Shown one piece after another: positions 1 to 11,676 of a stretch of DNA of 34,242 nt (the stretch's first letter is position 1; each line of letters starts with the position of its first letter). Both the position numbers and the translations under genes were made by a program. The DNA comes from Peribolospora baueri (lineage: Eukaryota): the NCBI GenBank assembly GCA_029717555.1, contig JAMDHS010000034.1, forward strand, positions 186,001 through 220,242, read 5' to 3'. The notes beneath the pieces are model-generated. The model did no database searches and was not told the DNA's origin. It worked only from the letters and a program-made list of their open reading frames with translations.

Positions 1-900
1 CACCGCGTCCCCGCCGCCCACTGTAATCCTCCGCACCATCCGCCTAACGCCGCCTCTCCTTCCATTGTCCCCCGGTACCGCCGCCTACACCCGTCTCACC
101 TCCCGATTGCCCGCCTCGGCCCCGAGGCGGAAAGTCGACGACGCCCGACGGCGACGCAGCCGGTGGCGTCCGGAGTGGTTATGCACCTGGACATCACGTG
201 CGCAAGCTACTTACCGCAGCAGAGATGATCGTTGGTCATGTGTCTCGACGCATCCCGCCGATCATCCGCCCTTCCTTATCGGCACATCCGCCACCGCAAT
301 CCGCCAGCTGCCAGGTGAACGGCCGACCCCCGCCTGGCACAGCATCGTGTCGGAAAGACTGGCGCAGGGGGACTGAGCTTGCTGTTGGAAGGCCCCCCCG
401 TATTCTACCGCCATCATGGTCACATCCCTACGCCCTCGACCCCCACCGCCTCTTTCCCGCCCACCTCGATAGGTAAAGAGCCAGGCCGGCGGCATGGCAA
501 AAAGTTGACTTTTCCACCTTTGCTTCATCGGGCCAGGACGTGGCCTTTTTCCTGTCGTCCAACGGCCTGCGCATCACTCAAAACCAGGCCGCGATCCAGT
601 CCAAATATTATAACACTTCCACCTGCGCCACCCTTACCGCCGCCAAGAACATCTGCAAAGTCGACTGAAGGATCGACGGCCACCGCGTTCTGCTCCGACA
701 AGCCTGTAACACAATTGCCGTGGCTCGTAACATACATCCAGTCCGCCTCCATGAGCGGAGACATGAAACGGACGATACGGTGCATCCGTGTGAGGAAGGC
801 TCAGCGTCAGTTCAATTCTGAGTACTGCCTCCAACCAATCATATCATTCCAGCCATCTTTCGGCGGGTAGAACGCGATCGTCGTCACCAGGTTAAATTGC
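1..900 (+). mobile_element. Heavily decayed retroelement relic, most like DIRS/Ngaro (tyrosine-recombinase retrotransposon) RT thumb-RNase H
   Basis: Frameshifted + strand fragments occur in the expected order: GVVMHLDITCASYLPQQR (~LGxxxDxxxxxxxLPxxK), MIVGHVSRRIPPIIRPSL (~GxLxxxxxVxPxxRPFL), RKDWRRGTEL (~DLxWW), GHRVLLRQACNTIAVA (~GxxVxxxxDNxxxV), then MKRTIRCIRV..QF and NAIV. Stops and frameshifts are present, with no splice structure. Confidence 0.4.
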
Positions 901-1282
901 CTCGGACGAGCAGAACGTGCTCTAAGCAGCAAGATCCCGCCGATCGCTAACCGTCATAGAGGCGCTGGACGAGGTGGAACCACGTTGTCGACGTCTTCTA
1001 TCGCGTACGTGCCGATAGCCCGAGCCGCGACGACTCCTCGGCCCCGTCCTTCTCTCGCGCCTCAATCCCTTTCCAACGTCTCCATGGCGGGTGTTTTGTT
1101 CTTGTCGCTGGTCGCGACGAACACGGGACTGTTGACGTCTGTCAAATAGGGGTGCGAGAGCGCGACAGGGCCGCCGCGACAGTATGCGCGTCCCTGGCGT
1201 GGGCGGGACGTGACAAGTTGCAATCGGCAACCTTGACCGTTTCCATCATTTTAAATTGTGTCACGCAACGCCGTCCTTTCCT

Positions 1283-4200
1283 TCATCCACCGATCTCGTG
1301 AAATAATACTATGTCCGTCCCTCCCGTCACCCATCCTCGGTCCCCGCTGGCTGTGATCATGTATCGACACGTTGCGTCCACCACTGCGGCGGATGTGTAG
1401 AAAAAGAGAGACGGAAGCGGGTGTCAGACAATAATTGTGTCCGAGGGGACGGCGCGAAAGACCAACAAAAACGCACGGATTTGCGATATCGCGCCACCAT
1501 GATGACCGGCGACGATGCGGAATGGTACGGCGGCTTTCGAGTTGGGCTCCGTGTTCCACAATCGGACATTGTCATACGAACCACTGTCGTTCAAGCCGAC
1601 ACAGTCAGCAGATGATGGGGACCGGACGATACGACCTCCATCAGGACCGGTGGGCTCACCTCAACAGATGCTTCCCATCCGGCATCGCTCGCACGCAGCT
1701 CACCGGCCCGCTTCCGCCGGGCAGCTTGTACTGCCTCTGCAACCTCGGGTTGCCCATCCTTCTTGGCACTTCGAGGCCCGACGCGGAGTACTCCGACCCT
1801 CCATCCGCATCAGCTGCGCCAGTCATTCGAAGATCCCACTCATCTATCAATTCGTTGCGTCGGCCGACGTAGATCGAAGTCCCTGTTGCAGACCAACATG
1901 CCTGGAGGAACCGAAATCATGAGTCGTCAAAAGCTCGCGAACGGACGGGTTGTTCCAGATTCTGCGCTCACCGAAGCGCACCACGGCGGCGTCCTCTCTG
2001 GCAAACCTAGACTTCGGACGGCCGCCGAGTTACCCGCCATTCTCCTGTCCCAAAGCATGACCTGACCAGTGATGGTGGTGCTGAGCATCACATCGGATGA
2101 GAACTTTGTGATGTCCGTCCCGCCGAAAGGGTCCTTCGACGTGGCCAGTGAAGGCGGAGGTAGCCGCGATCGACTGCCGCCTGCCTGGCCCATCGACATA
2201 GACGACAGTCCAGTACCATTGACGCCCTTGCCCATATCCTTCTGGGAGAGGGACGTGCCGGCATCCATGGCGCCCAGACCCGAAGCGGACGACCCAAGAC
2301 CATCCGTGCCTACATCGAGAGCGAGTGCATTATCCACCTCCCCTTCGGCATCGGCATCCGCCTCGCCTTCCGCGTCAGCGTCGGCGTCATCGTCTTCATC
2401 GAACAATGAGTTGGCAGACGCCTCGCTCTTCGCGTCAGTATCCTCATCCTTCGAAGACCTCCGGAATGAGCGAGGCAGATCCGTGTTTTCTTCCACAGTG
2501 TCGCCCTTCCCTTCCCAGTCGTCCTCTTTCCTCTCATCTCTGTCTCCATTGCGGGCCTCACCCAAAGAAGAGGACAAGGGAATGTCGGCACTGACATCGC
2601 TATTGGCGTCGGCCGGCGCTCCAGTGCCAATACTTCCTTCGGGCGCCAATCCAAGGCTGGCGCTGTGAGCCAACTCGGCGTTGAGCTCTGCCTCCAGGGC
2701 GAGATCCGCATCGTATTCCGCTCCCACCTCATCCCCATCCGTTCCTTTCCTTTGATCGTCCTGTTCACCTCCACCACCCGGCTCGTCTCCTTGAGCGCCC
2801 AGTGTCCCCGAGCTCGTCGACTCCTTGAGCGTGTCGCCATTAGAGCTGCCCAGTGGGCTTCTCTGCCTCCCGTCTTCCTCCCCTCCCCTCCAGTCCTTCC
2901 CAGGCGAGCGAGCGCGGCTACTGGAAGGGCTTGCAGGAGACGACTCGCGAACGGCTGAAAAGCCTACCATGATACTGGGAGACGTCGTCGTCGTCGTCGA
3001 CGACGACGGGAGCGGCCGGAAAGAAAGAGATGAGACTTGGCCTCCGTGAGGAGAGTAGGAGCGGACGATCTGGCCTGTGTTGAGGTCCCATTCCTGTCTT
3101 CCAGGCGAGGAAAGCGTCAGGAGCTGCTGTGGATTGAAGAGAAACGGAAGGTCAAACTCACGTGGACAGCTTTGTCCCAGCCTCCGCTCACGAGGTGAGT
3201 CTCGTCGCCGGTGAGAGCCATTGCGGAAACTGGGCCTGCATGTGCGGTTCGAGAAGATGATGACCGGTCGGAGAATGTGTGGCGCGTTAACCCCTCATCG
3301 TGTCGGATGCCAAAGAGATGCATATTCCCGCTCTGGAAGAGCAGAAAAGGAAAGGTGAGAATGGATCAAAACGTACATTAGCGCCTGCATGGCGGTGGCT
3401 CACCTTTGTCCCGCTGATCCCCCAGAGGGCGTCTGGATGGACGACGAGGCTATGCACCGCACACGGCGCAAACTCGCCATTGGCATTCAATGCGTACTTT
3501 GTCCCCTGCTGCTGGTCCACTCCGCCGTCGTCCTCCTTGTCTGCCTCTTGCTCTCTTCTTCTCTCTTCCTTGATCGCCAGCTCTTCCTCATTATCCCAGT
3601 AACCCAAAAGAACGCCAGCCTTCACCACGCCTTCGCTCTGCCCCTGCCTCTGGTTCTGTGTGAGCATTTGCTTGCTGTTCATGGTGGCCCAGAAGTCGTA
3701 CCGCCTCACAAATCCGTCCGCGCCGCCGGTGAGCAAAACAGACATGTCGAGTGACGCTGCCATGGTGTGGACGTGACAGCCGTGAGGTGCCGCACCGACA
3801 GGATCGATGTTGTATGTTCGACAGTGAAGGGCGGAGGAAGGGGGTGTGAACAGAGCACGTCTCTCCCGGACACGGTTCAGAAAGGAAGACGGCGATTCGG
3901 GTGGCGTTGAGGAAGGAGAAGCCGGAGGCTGGATTCCATCTGGGGAAACGAAAACGCTCGGTTCACATCGACAAGCGTATTCGACACGGCAGAAGGGGCA
4001 GTCTCACCATCCATTTCCATGTCCGCCACATCGTCCACATCTTTCCTGCAATTCCAGGTTCCGCAACGTCGGAAAAATGATCGTCCGACCATGCAACGAT
4101 GTGAGGAAAGCTCGGTCGCACAAGCAAACAGCGGTGGACAAAACGCTCACCCTTCGTTCTCGTCCTCCTCGTCCTCCTCGTCCGCCTCATCTCCTGCCAT

Positions 4201-4284
4201 CCCGTCCTCCGCTCCGGCCATAGACACATCCTCTTCCTCCTCCTGCGACTCTTCTTCGTCGTCGTGGTCGTACTCGGCGAGCAT
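1283..4284 (-). CDS. SPT8: SAGA complex WD40 subunit Spt8 (multi-exon)
   Basis: ATG at 4284 gives an acidic N-terminus (MLAEYDHDDEEESQEEEE). Spliced exons give YNIDPVGAAPHGCHVHTMA, LLTGGADGFVRRYDFWATMN, VVKAGVLLGYWDNEE, SGGWDKAVHEWDLNTGQIVR, TPPWCASACWS, SGPVSCVRAMPDGKHLLSGSYDNVRLWN, PFRIVAGHHGGAISQILVDATCRYMITASGDRGW. These match the Spt8 motifs. TGA at 1283-1285. Confidence 0.9.
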
Positions 4285-4941
4285 GGTCTGGGTCCTGCTG
4301 CGTGCAGGTCGTCTCTTCCGGACCAAAGGAGCTCAAAACGTACACAGGCAATCAGCTGCGGCACGCACGGGACTACATATCGCAGCTGATAGCCGCAGCG
4401 ACCCCGCGACCAGGATCTGGCGACCTCCACCGGCCCGACGATGCATTTCAAATCTTAACAGACGACGTTTCTGGGCGTTCGGGGTCCATTTTCGTTCTAT
4501 TAGCACCTCTGCCAGGCGAGAGTACTGGCGTGGACAAGTGGGAGGCCAGTCTCCGCCAGGTTTGTGCCCAAAGGTGGTCGTACTACTTAGCAACGCAGAG
4601 GCGATTCCAGCTGAAAAAGACGTCATGCTGCCGAATCGAAACAACACGTCGAAACGGGAGAACCATGCAATTTTCTAGCCCATTTCGACGGAATATGCAC
4701 TGGCGCGCATCATCATATCACGTCTACAGCAAAGAAAGTGGAGACGATGGCTGTGAATAGAAAGGCGTCATCTTGAACGGGTCGTAAATCACACGTAAAA
4801 AGAAGAACCAAAGAAAAGGTCACCGCCGCCGACGGCCCTTCCTCTTCCTCGCAAAAACTCCGCATTCTCCAACCGAATCTCGCCGGGACCCTCGTGCGCG
4901 AGATGGGAGAATACCTGAATCCTTCATATCTGAAAAATACC

Positions 4942-6053
4942 TCAGATCTGGCGCGCATGCAAAGGAAGGAGAGCAAGCGTGAGCACAGACAGGACACTTT
5001 TCCGAGCGACGAGCAGCGCTAGTTACTCACATACTGCGACACCCAACGGAAACCCTCTCCGTAGCCCTGCCTCATGACGACGGAACACATGAAGATCTCG
5101 ATCGGACGGATGTCTTTCAGAGGCACCTTGCCCTGTGAATATGGGGATCGAGAGCGATGACGTTCAGCTTTGGAGGCTCTCCATCGCGTTGTCATTCTAA
5201 CCTCTGTAACCGTTCGCTCACCTTGCCAGTCGTCTGATACAGGCCGAGAGCATGCCGGAGGTCCTCCTCACTGACGGCACCAGGCGCATCGATCTTGTTG
5301 CCAAGAATGAGGAAGGGAACCTTGGCAAGCTCCTCGATGCCGAGAAGGGCATCGAGCTCGACCCGCGCCTCACCGAAGCGCTCGTGGTCCTGGGAGTCAA
5401 CGAGGAAGACGATGGCATCGACCTCTGGGAAGTAGTCCTTCCACACTCTGCGGGCTGTAAAAGACAGATACGACACGTCAGGCGGCCGTTGGTCAGCGAG
5501 CACGATGAATAGAATATTTTGGACAAGAAGACCTACCCTGAGTGTGGCCGCCAAGGTCGTAAGTAGTGAACTTGACCTGTCCAATCGCAAGTTCCTCGGA
5601 AGCTATCAAATATTACATGCAGATGAGCCGAGTAAGCGTAAGAAGAGGAAATACTGGCACTGCCGAAAGTGGTGCATATTAACTCACTCGGATAGAGGGT
5701 AGGCTGAAGGACGGCGAGCCTGTCGTTCTTGAGCATGTGCAGAAGGGTCTGCGCGTCCCGTACGTCGTAGTTCAGCTCCAGCCGCAAGGTTACGCAATGG
5801 AAAGCTCAGCCGTGGGCATCAACCAAAGGTGCTCACCGTCTTGCCAGCATTGTCGAGACCGAGGAAAAGAATCTTGGCGTTCTTGTGCGTAAGCCCTATG
5901 GTTAGAGATAGCCAGCAAATCTGTCAACAAAGATGCGCTCTCGCAAGCTGGCAGCGTCGTTCACCAATCCGCCATCTTGAACGCTAGAGAGCCAATGGTC
6001 GTCCACTCACCCAGAGAGGCCAGCACGTCCATCAACCAAGTCCAGATCCACAT
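4942..6053 (-). CDS. SAR1: Small GTPase Sar1 (COPII coat), 7 coding exons
   Basis: [121 protein letters not shown] introns; the last coding exon is ATC TGA at 4947-4942. Confidence 0.97.
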
Positions 6054-6063
6054 CGTTGCTTAG

Positions 6064-6297
6064 CTGCAAGAAAGTGGCGCATAATCAGCATTAGAGATAC
6101 AAACGTAAATAATCTGAGTTAGCAGGAAACCGGTGCACATCGTCGCATCGCCTTTGCGCTCTAGGAGTGCGCTCTTCCCAAAGCGAGCGCAACCAACATA
6201 GTCGTCCCCGGTCCTCAGCGGGCGCGAGACGCGATCTCCGTCCGCCACCAGCTTAGGACCGTGACGGACACCTCACGCGTGCACAGCGCACACTCAC
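6064..6297 (-). other. Probable 5'UTR intron of SAR1
   Basis: Minus-strand donor GTGAGT at 6297, CTAAC/CTAAT branch-like motifs, and TTTCTTGCAG acceptor ending at 6064, 10 nt upstream of the SAR1 ATG. Confidence 0.6.
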
Positions 6298-6864
6298 AGA
6301 AGAATCAGGAGGATGGAATCAAGGTGGCAACCTCGTGAGGTGAAAATGAACGTGGAAGGAAGATGGTGTTAACCGTCGATATGGGCGGATGACGATCAGC
6401 AGCACCGTCTGAGCCGTCTGGCCCCCCTGCCGGTTAGGGTTATCAAAGTCTCGCTGAGCCGCACAAAAAGCGGAGAAAAACGGAGATACGTGGAGAATCC
6501 CATCTCCCGGCCCGACGAACCAAGCCGCGGTGAGCCGGCGGATCCGGACAAAGAGCAATCCACGTAATGTACCTGTAACGACAGTGGACGGCAAAGACAC
6601 CTCGGTGGTTTCCCGTCCTGAATCGCGACTCATTCTGTGAACATCCATGTTGTTTTAGAAGGAGGATCACTGTAAGGTTTCGAGCTCAATAAACTGAGTG
6701 GAGTGGATGAATACTTTGTTACCTTCTCTCTTCCGCTCATCTGTAGGCCCATCAAGCCGTTGAGTATCTACTGTCTTCTTGAGGAGTACGCAAGGCATGT
6801 TCGAGCGTTGGTAACGTGTGGGATATCGTCAAAGTGTTATGTACAGACGTCACCAGGGTCCCCT

Positions 6865-8390
6865 TCAGAAGATGACGTCTTCGTCCTTGCCGGCGGCTAG
6901 TATATCTCCGCCGCCCACTTCACCTGCACCTTTGTCATCGGCTTTACCACTGCTTGTGTCTCGTCGTTCACTCTCGCTCGCTCCAGCTGCTGCCGCAGCT
7001 ACCGCCTGCTCCAACGACTGCTGATCGCGCTTCTTCTTGCCCTGGATCTGTTCATGTCCAAAGATGCGAGGCATGTCAGGACATGTACTTGTCAGGACGA
7101 TGTCAAAAACACGACGATGTGATGGAAAAAAAAAAAAAAAAAAAAAAAAAAACCATATTCTTCACCTTCTTCAGCCTGAAAAACTCCTCGCTTGAAAATT
7201 CATCGTTTCAGGAAGGTCGTGTGAGGTCAGATTACGAAGTGGACATTGACGCGATCACAAGTCAACGACGGTGATAAAAAAGATAATCGAAATCGCAGAA
7301 AGAATGCCAGGGGAGCGCAAGTAAAAGGCAATAAGAGAAAGCAAGAACAAAGCCATGCGTCAGCATGCGGGTTCATGGTTAGCTTTAAGAGTTTAGCATA
7401 TTTGACTGACCGGTCCATCTCGTCGAGCTCAGAAATGATATAGCTGATCGTGTTCTCCAACCGCGGGATGATGACGTGCTCAATGGCATTGACACGGCGA
7501 TTCGTCATTCGAATTACTTCGTCAAGGATTACGAAGGCGGTCTGGTGGAAAATAAAAGCCCAATAGAAAGGAAGAACTTGAGTATGAGCACGGGCCTTGG
7601 CTCCGTTCACGTGTCACAACTCGGCCACAAAAGCATTCTGCACGCACCTGCAGGCTCGCAAGCTCTACCAGCGTCTTGACAGCCTGAGTGTACGTCTCCT
7701 TGCTCTTCTGTACCTTCTGACCTCCACGTCCAAGGCCAGTGAGACCAAATTCTGCGACGCAAGAAAAGGTTAGAATGGTAGAGGAGGCCAAAAGGGAGAT
7801 AGACGAGCATGGTAAGAGAAATGCAGCCGATCTGACGCTATCTGTCAAGAGGAAACACAAATATTCACCATTTTGTCCATCCGTATACGCCTCAAAAGCA
7901 GGCAGAATAACACCGCTGACGTTGTCCTGCTTGGTGCGCACGCGAAATTGTGCCGTCTTGGCGCTTTCTTGGACTTGATAGGCGATGTCGCCGGTGACGT
8001 AAGTGACTTCGGCAAGGGAAAAGGCAGCCAACTGCATCACTCGGCCCATTTTGCGCTTGGCCTGTCAAGAAACGACGTGGGGGGAGGGGGGAGTAGAAGA
8101 CAGTGTTATCAGGGAACCGGCCATGAGAGGTAGCCAATCGCCCCCAGCACTCTGGGCAGGTTGAACTGATACGAAGTAAAGAGCTAGGCCATCTCTCCTC
8201 AAACATCCTAAATAATCGTAAGACTGACTTCATCAATCTTGTGTGTGATGTCCCTGAACCTCTTGGTCAGAGCCTCCGACTTCCGCTTGAGAAGCGAGTG
8301 GCCCGTCTGTGCGCCCTTGAGCCGAAGCTTGGTGTTGGTGAGCGCCATGCGCGTTGGGAAGACAGATTCGCGAGGACCGGTACCGGACAT
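6865..8390 (-). CDS. VMA8: V-type H+-ATPase V1 subunit D (multi-exon)
   Basis: [144 protein letters not shown]. Confidence 0.97.
7126..7152. repeat. A27 homopolymer (poly-T on the coding strand) in the last VMA8 intron
   Basis: Run of 27 A's read directly from the sequence. Confidence 0.9.
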
Positions 8391-8549
8391 GACGGGCAAA
8401 CATATAAGTACGACGCTAGTATATGGTGGAGTATATGGCTGAAAGACGAGACGGAGAGGATAAGGTGTTTGCGTCGGACAGATCCCAGCGACGGTGAGAA
8501 TGGAGGGGACGTCAAGATCGTGGGCGTCGAGCAAGGGGGGTGATCGGCG

Positions 8550-8935
8550 GTCACGTGCACCGGCCTTCACTGTGCGGTCCCGAGCTTGGTAAGGTCCTGG
8601 CTGGCCAACACAAGGGCCGCTGCCCCAATCTCCATAACTGAAACAGTAAATAAGGAGAACAGGAGGGAATAATGACGGTAAGGTAGTTGAGGCGGACTGG
8701 TATCGAACGGGTGATGGCGGCGGCGACCGTCTGAGATGCTGAAAGCGGTCCCGCACACGGGCTGATGAACCGGCCAGAACCCTGCCAACAGCCGAAGCTG
8801 GCCACAATGCCGACCCTTTAGGTTACCTGACATCCATAGAATGGCTGCCTGCAACTACTACTTTCATGAGCACTTCTTTGCTCCGGACTTCTGTACTACC
8901 TGTATTTGTCCCGCGCTGAATCGGTATCACGTGAC
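8550..8935. promoter_or_regulatory. Divergent VMA8/SPP promoter with two CACGTG E-box motifs
   Basis: GTCACGTG at 8550-8557 and ATCACGTGAC at 8926-8935, in the ~620 bp between the head-to-head ATGs at 8390 and 9012. Confidence 0.35.
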
Positions 8936-9011
8936 CAACTTGCTACCTGTGCTCGTGGGCGGCCCAACTTCCTTCTTCGTCAACCACTATCGAGGAGGAG
9001 AGAGAGACAAC

Positions 9012-10924
9012 ATGTCTTCCTCCGGTGCACAAACAGGTCTCTACATTGCCTATGGTGAGCACCCTGTCTGCGACGTGCTCTTGGTCTCCACATTCTGGTT
9101 CTCCGTGGTTATCCACTCCATAAGGTTGATCGTAATTAACGAACTACACCGTCCAGGCGCCCTCGGCCTCGGAGCTGTGGTTACCATTTATTGCGGTTCT
9201 TTCAGTTCTCTGAAGGTAACGTATTTACCATTGCTATTCCAAGGCGTAGGCAGATTTGATTAGACAGGGTTGGGCTGCTGACCCGCACCTCCATCCATCC
9301 ATCAGACGCCGAAAACGACGAAGAAGCTCCGCCGCGCTCGCGCGGTCCGCTCAGACGCTGAAGAAGAAGAAGAGTCCGAGGACGAAGGCGACGTCTCGGA
9401 GGTGCTCACCTCTTCCGATGCCTGGCTTTTTCCCATTTTCGGCTCCATCTCCCTATTTGGCCTCTACCTGCTCTTCAAGTACCTCGATAAGGAGTACATC
9501 AACAAGATCCTCAGTGCCTACTTCGCCGTCGTTGGCGTGCTTGCTCTTACTGAGGTAAGCGGTGATTCATATTGCTCAAGCGTCCTTTTTCAAGTTCTTA
9601 AGAGGTTGTCGTGCCGTTTAGACCAGCGTGGCTTTCGTGCGTGGCGCGGTGGGTCGAAACCTTTGGAGTAAGGTTGCCAAATGGAAGGTTTTGCTGCTCA
9701 AAGGGCCAAAAGGTGTGTGCGCATAGCTTCATTCGTTGCTGCGCGCCTAATAATTGGCACTTAATGACGTCTCCTCCCTCTGCAGAGGTCTTCCGCGCGC
9801 ACTTCACGGCCGTGCACCTCATTCTTCTTGTCACATCGGCGATCTTGACCGTCTACTACGTGATTACGAAGAACTGGATGGCGAGCAACGCTCTAGCTCT
9901 TTCTTTGGCGTTCAATGCCATCGGTCTCATGGGCCTCGATTCGTTCCGCACGGGAGCCATCCTTCTCGGAGGCCTCTTTGTTTACGACGTTTTCTGGTGC
10001 GTAACGTGTTCGTAGGCTGTCTTGGAATCGCGTTCCAACGTCTGACCTACGTATCAAATCTAATTTGCTGTGTTTTTCTCACGAACAGGGTATTTGGTAC
10101 GGACGTCATGGTCAGCGTCGCCAAGAGTTTTGACGCGCCGATCAAGATTGTCTACCCTAAGGATTTCAACCCACCTGCGGGCGAGAAGTTTGCATTTACC
10201 ATGCTCGGCCTGGGCGACATCGTCATTCCAGGTGAGCGTTTTCGTCTGTTGAGGCGTATATGATCTGATTTGTCTGACCATCTTGGCCCTCCTACCTTCG
10301 TCTCCAGGCATCTTTGTGGCCCTTGCTCTGCGATTCGATCAGCACCAGCATTCAGTTCGCAAGCCTTCCATCTCCTTCACTCGGCATTTCACCTCTTTCC
10401 CGAAACCTTATTTCACGGCCACTATGATCGCATATATCTTCGGCTTGGCAACAACCATGGCAGTGTGAGTTTGCTCCATTCAGCGTGGTCCAGCCACTCA
10501 ACTGACGCTGACAGCTTCTTCCATGCCCGGGCTGCTCAGTATGCATATTTTCAAGGCTGCCCAGCCCGCCCTCCTCTACCTGTCCCCCGCCTGCGTTAGC
10601 GCTGTTGCCCTCACCGCTTTCGCCCGCGGCGAGAACAAGACCGCTTGGGGCTGGACCGATGCGGAAGACGAAGCCTCGGAAGACGGCAGCGAGAAGGTCA
10701 AAACGGTAGAGCTAAGGAACAGTGAGAAGAATATTGGCAGCAAGCAGGCCCCGCGCGAGACTAACGCCACTGTCTCACTCACGTCCGATCACGACGGTGT
10801 TACAAAGTCCAACGGTTTGGCCGCTCCCGTCGATGCGGAAGCTGGAAGTGCGAGCGAGATGGAGGCCGATGGCGACGGGGAGGGCAAGAAGAAGCCGAAG
10901 AAGAAGAAGGGCAAGAAGAAGTAG
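9012..10924 (+). CDS. Signal peptide peptidase (GxGD intramembrane aspartyl protease, A22B; HM13/SppA/Ypf1 family)
   Basis: Catalytic GLFVYDVFWVFGTDVMVSVAKSFDAPIK and MLGLGDIVIPG, plus the HIFKAAQPALLYLSPAC (PAL) motif. Multiple TM segments; C-terminal KKKGKKK* fits a dilysine ER-retrieval signal. Confidence 0.96.
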
Positions 10925-11676
10925 TAGTGATCGAGAGGTGCTCGCTTCGAGGGGACGGACCCTGCGGTAAAGCTGGCGTCATTGACGTCCGTTAATACAT
11001 TCGACGGGAAGAACGTACGACGCGATGTGCATCCATGCACGTTGCCTCTTACCGGAAGTTCCGAGCAAGGCCTGCTCATAAGGGTAGACGAGGACCCGAT
11101 TTTGTGTGTGATGCTTTATACGTGAATAACTAAAAGTGACGTACGACAAGGAGCACGGCGGTTCTCATGCCATCTTACCTCTTGAGGACGTCCCCCTTTT
11201 CTGGTCCACAGACTTCCTCGCCTCTATTCAATCCTCCAGCCCCTCGTCGCTTTAGGCGATGAATAGGCGCTCGTCACCGTCGACAGCCTGTCTCCTTCCG
11301 CGACTGATCAAATTCCTTGCTCTAGATCTATGCGGACCCACCACGCCGTTTCCCCTCCAGCTGTCCAAAGGAAATATGGGTTTACTCTGTCCAGCGGAAA
11401 GATCTCGGCCCTCGTTTTCAAGGGACGACCATATTCGCTTGACGGGCAGACACGGTACAACGAGACAGCGCAGAACAAGTACAGGCATATGTACAGGTAC
11501 ACCACATACAGGCAGGCGCGCTCGACGAGTACATGACCCCGCATCGAAACAGAACGAAAACTAACAGCGGGCGCTTCGAAAGATACACGTGAGGACAAGA
11601 GCGGATGCAATGAAGAGATGTCTGTGAACAAAAAAAAATAGATAGGAACACACTCAGGACCCCAGTAGGTGCACGT

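Noticed and set aside
2069..2668. 199-aa Ser-rich + strand ORF
   Set aside because: Antisense shadow of the acidic low-complexity insert of SPT8.
2989..3008. Perfect 20-bp palindrome CGTCGTCGTCGACGACGACG
   Set aside because: Arises from adjacent TCG/ACG codon runs (SSSTTTTT) within SPT8 coding sequence.
4019..4678. 219-aa + strand ORF over the SPT8 5' end
   Set aside because: Antisense to acidic codons plus promoter sequence, with no recognisable domain.
5692..5694. SAR1 switch I reads PTLYPT rather than PTLHPT
   Set aside because: This position varies among Sar1 homologs and all GTPase motifs are intact.
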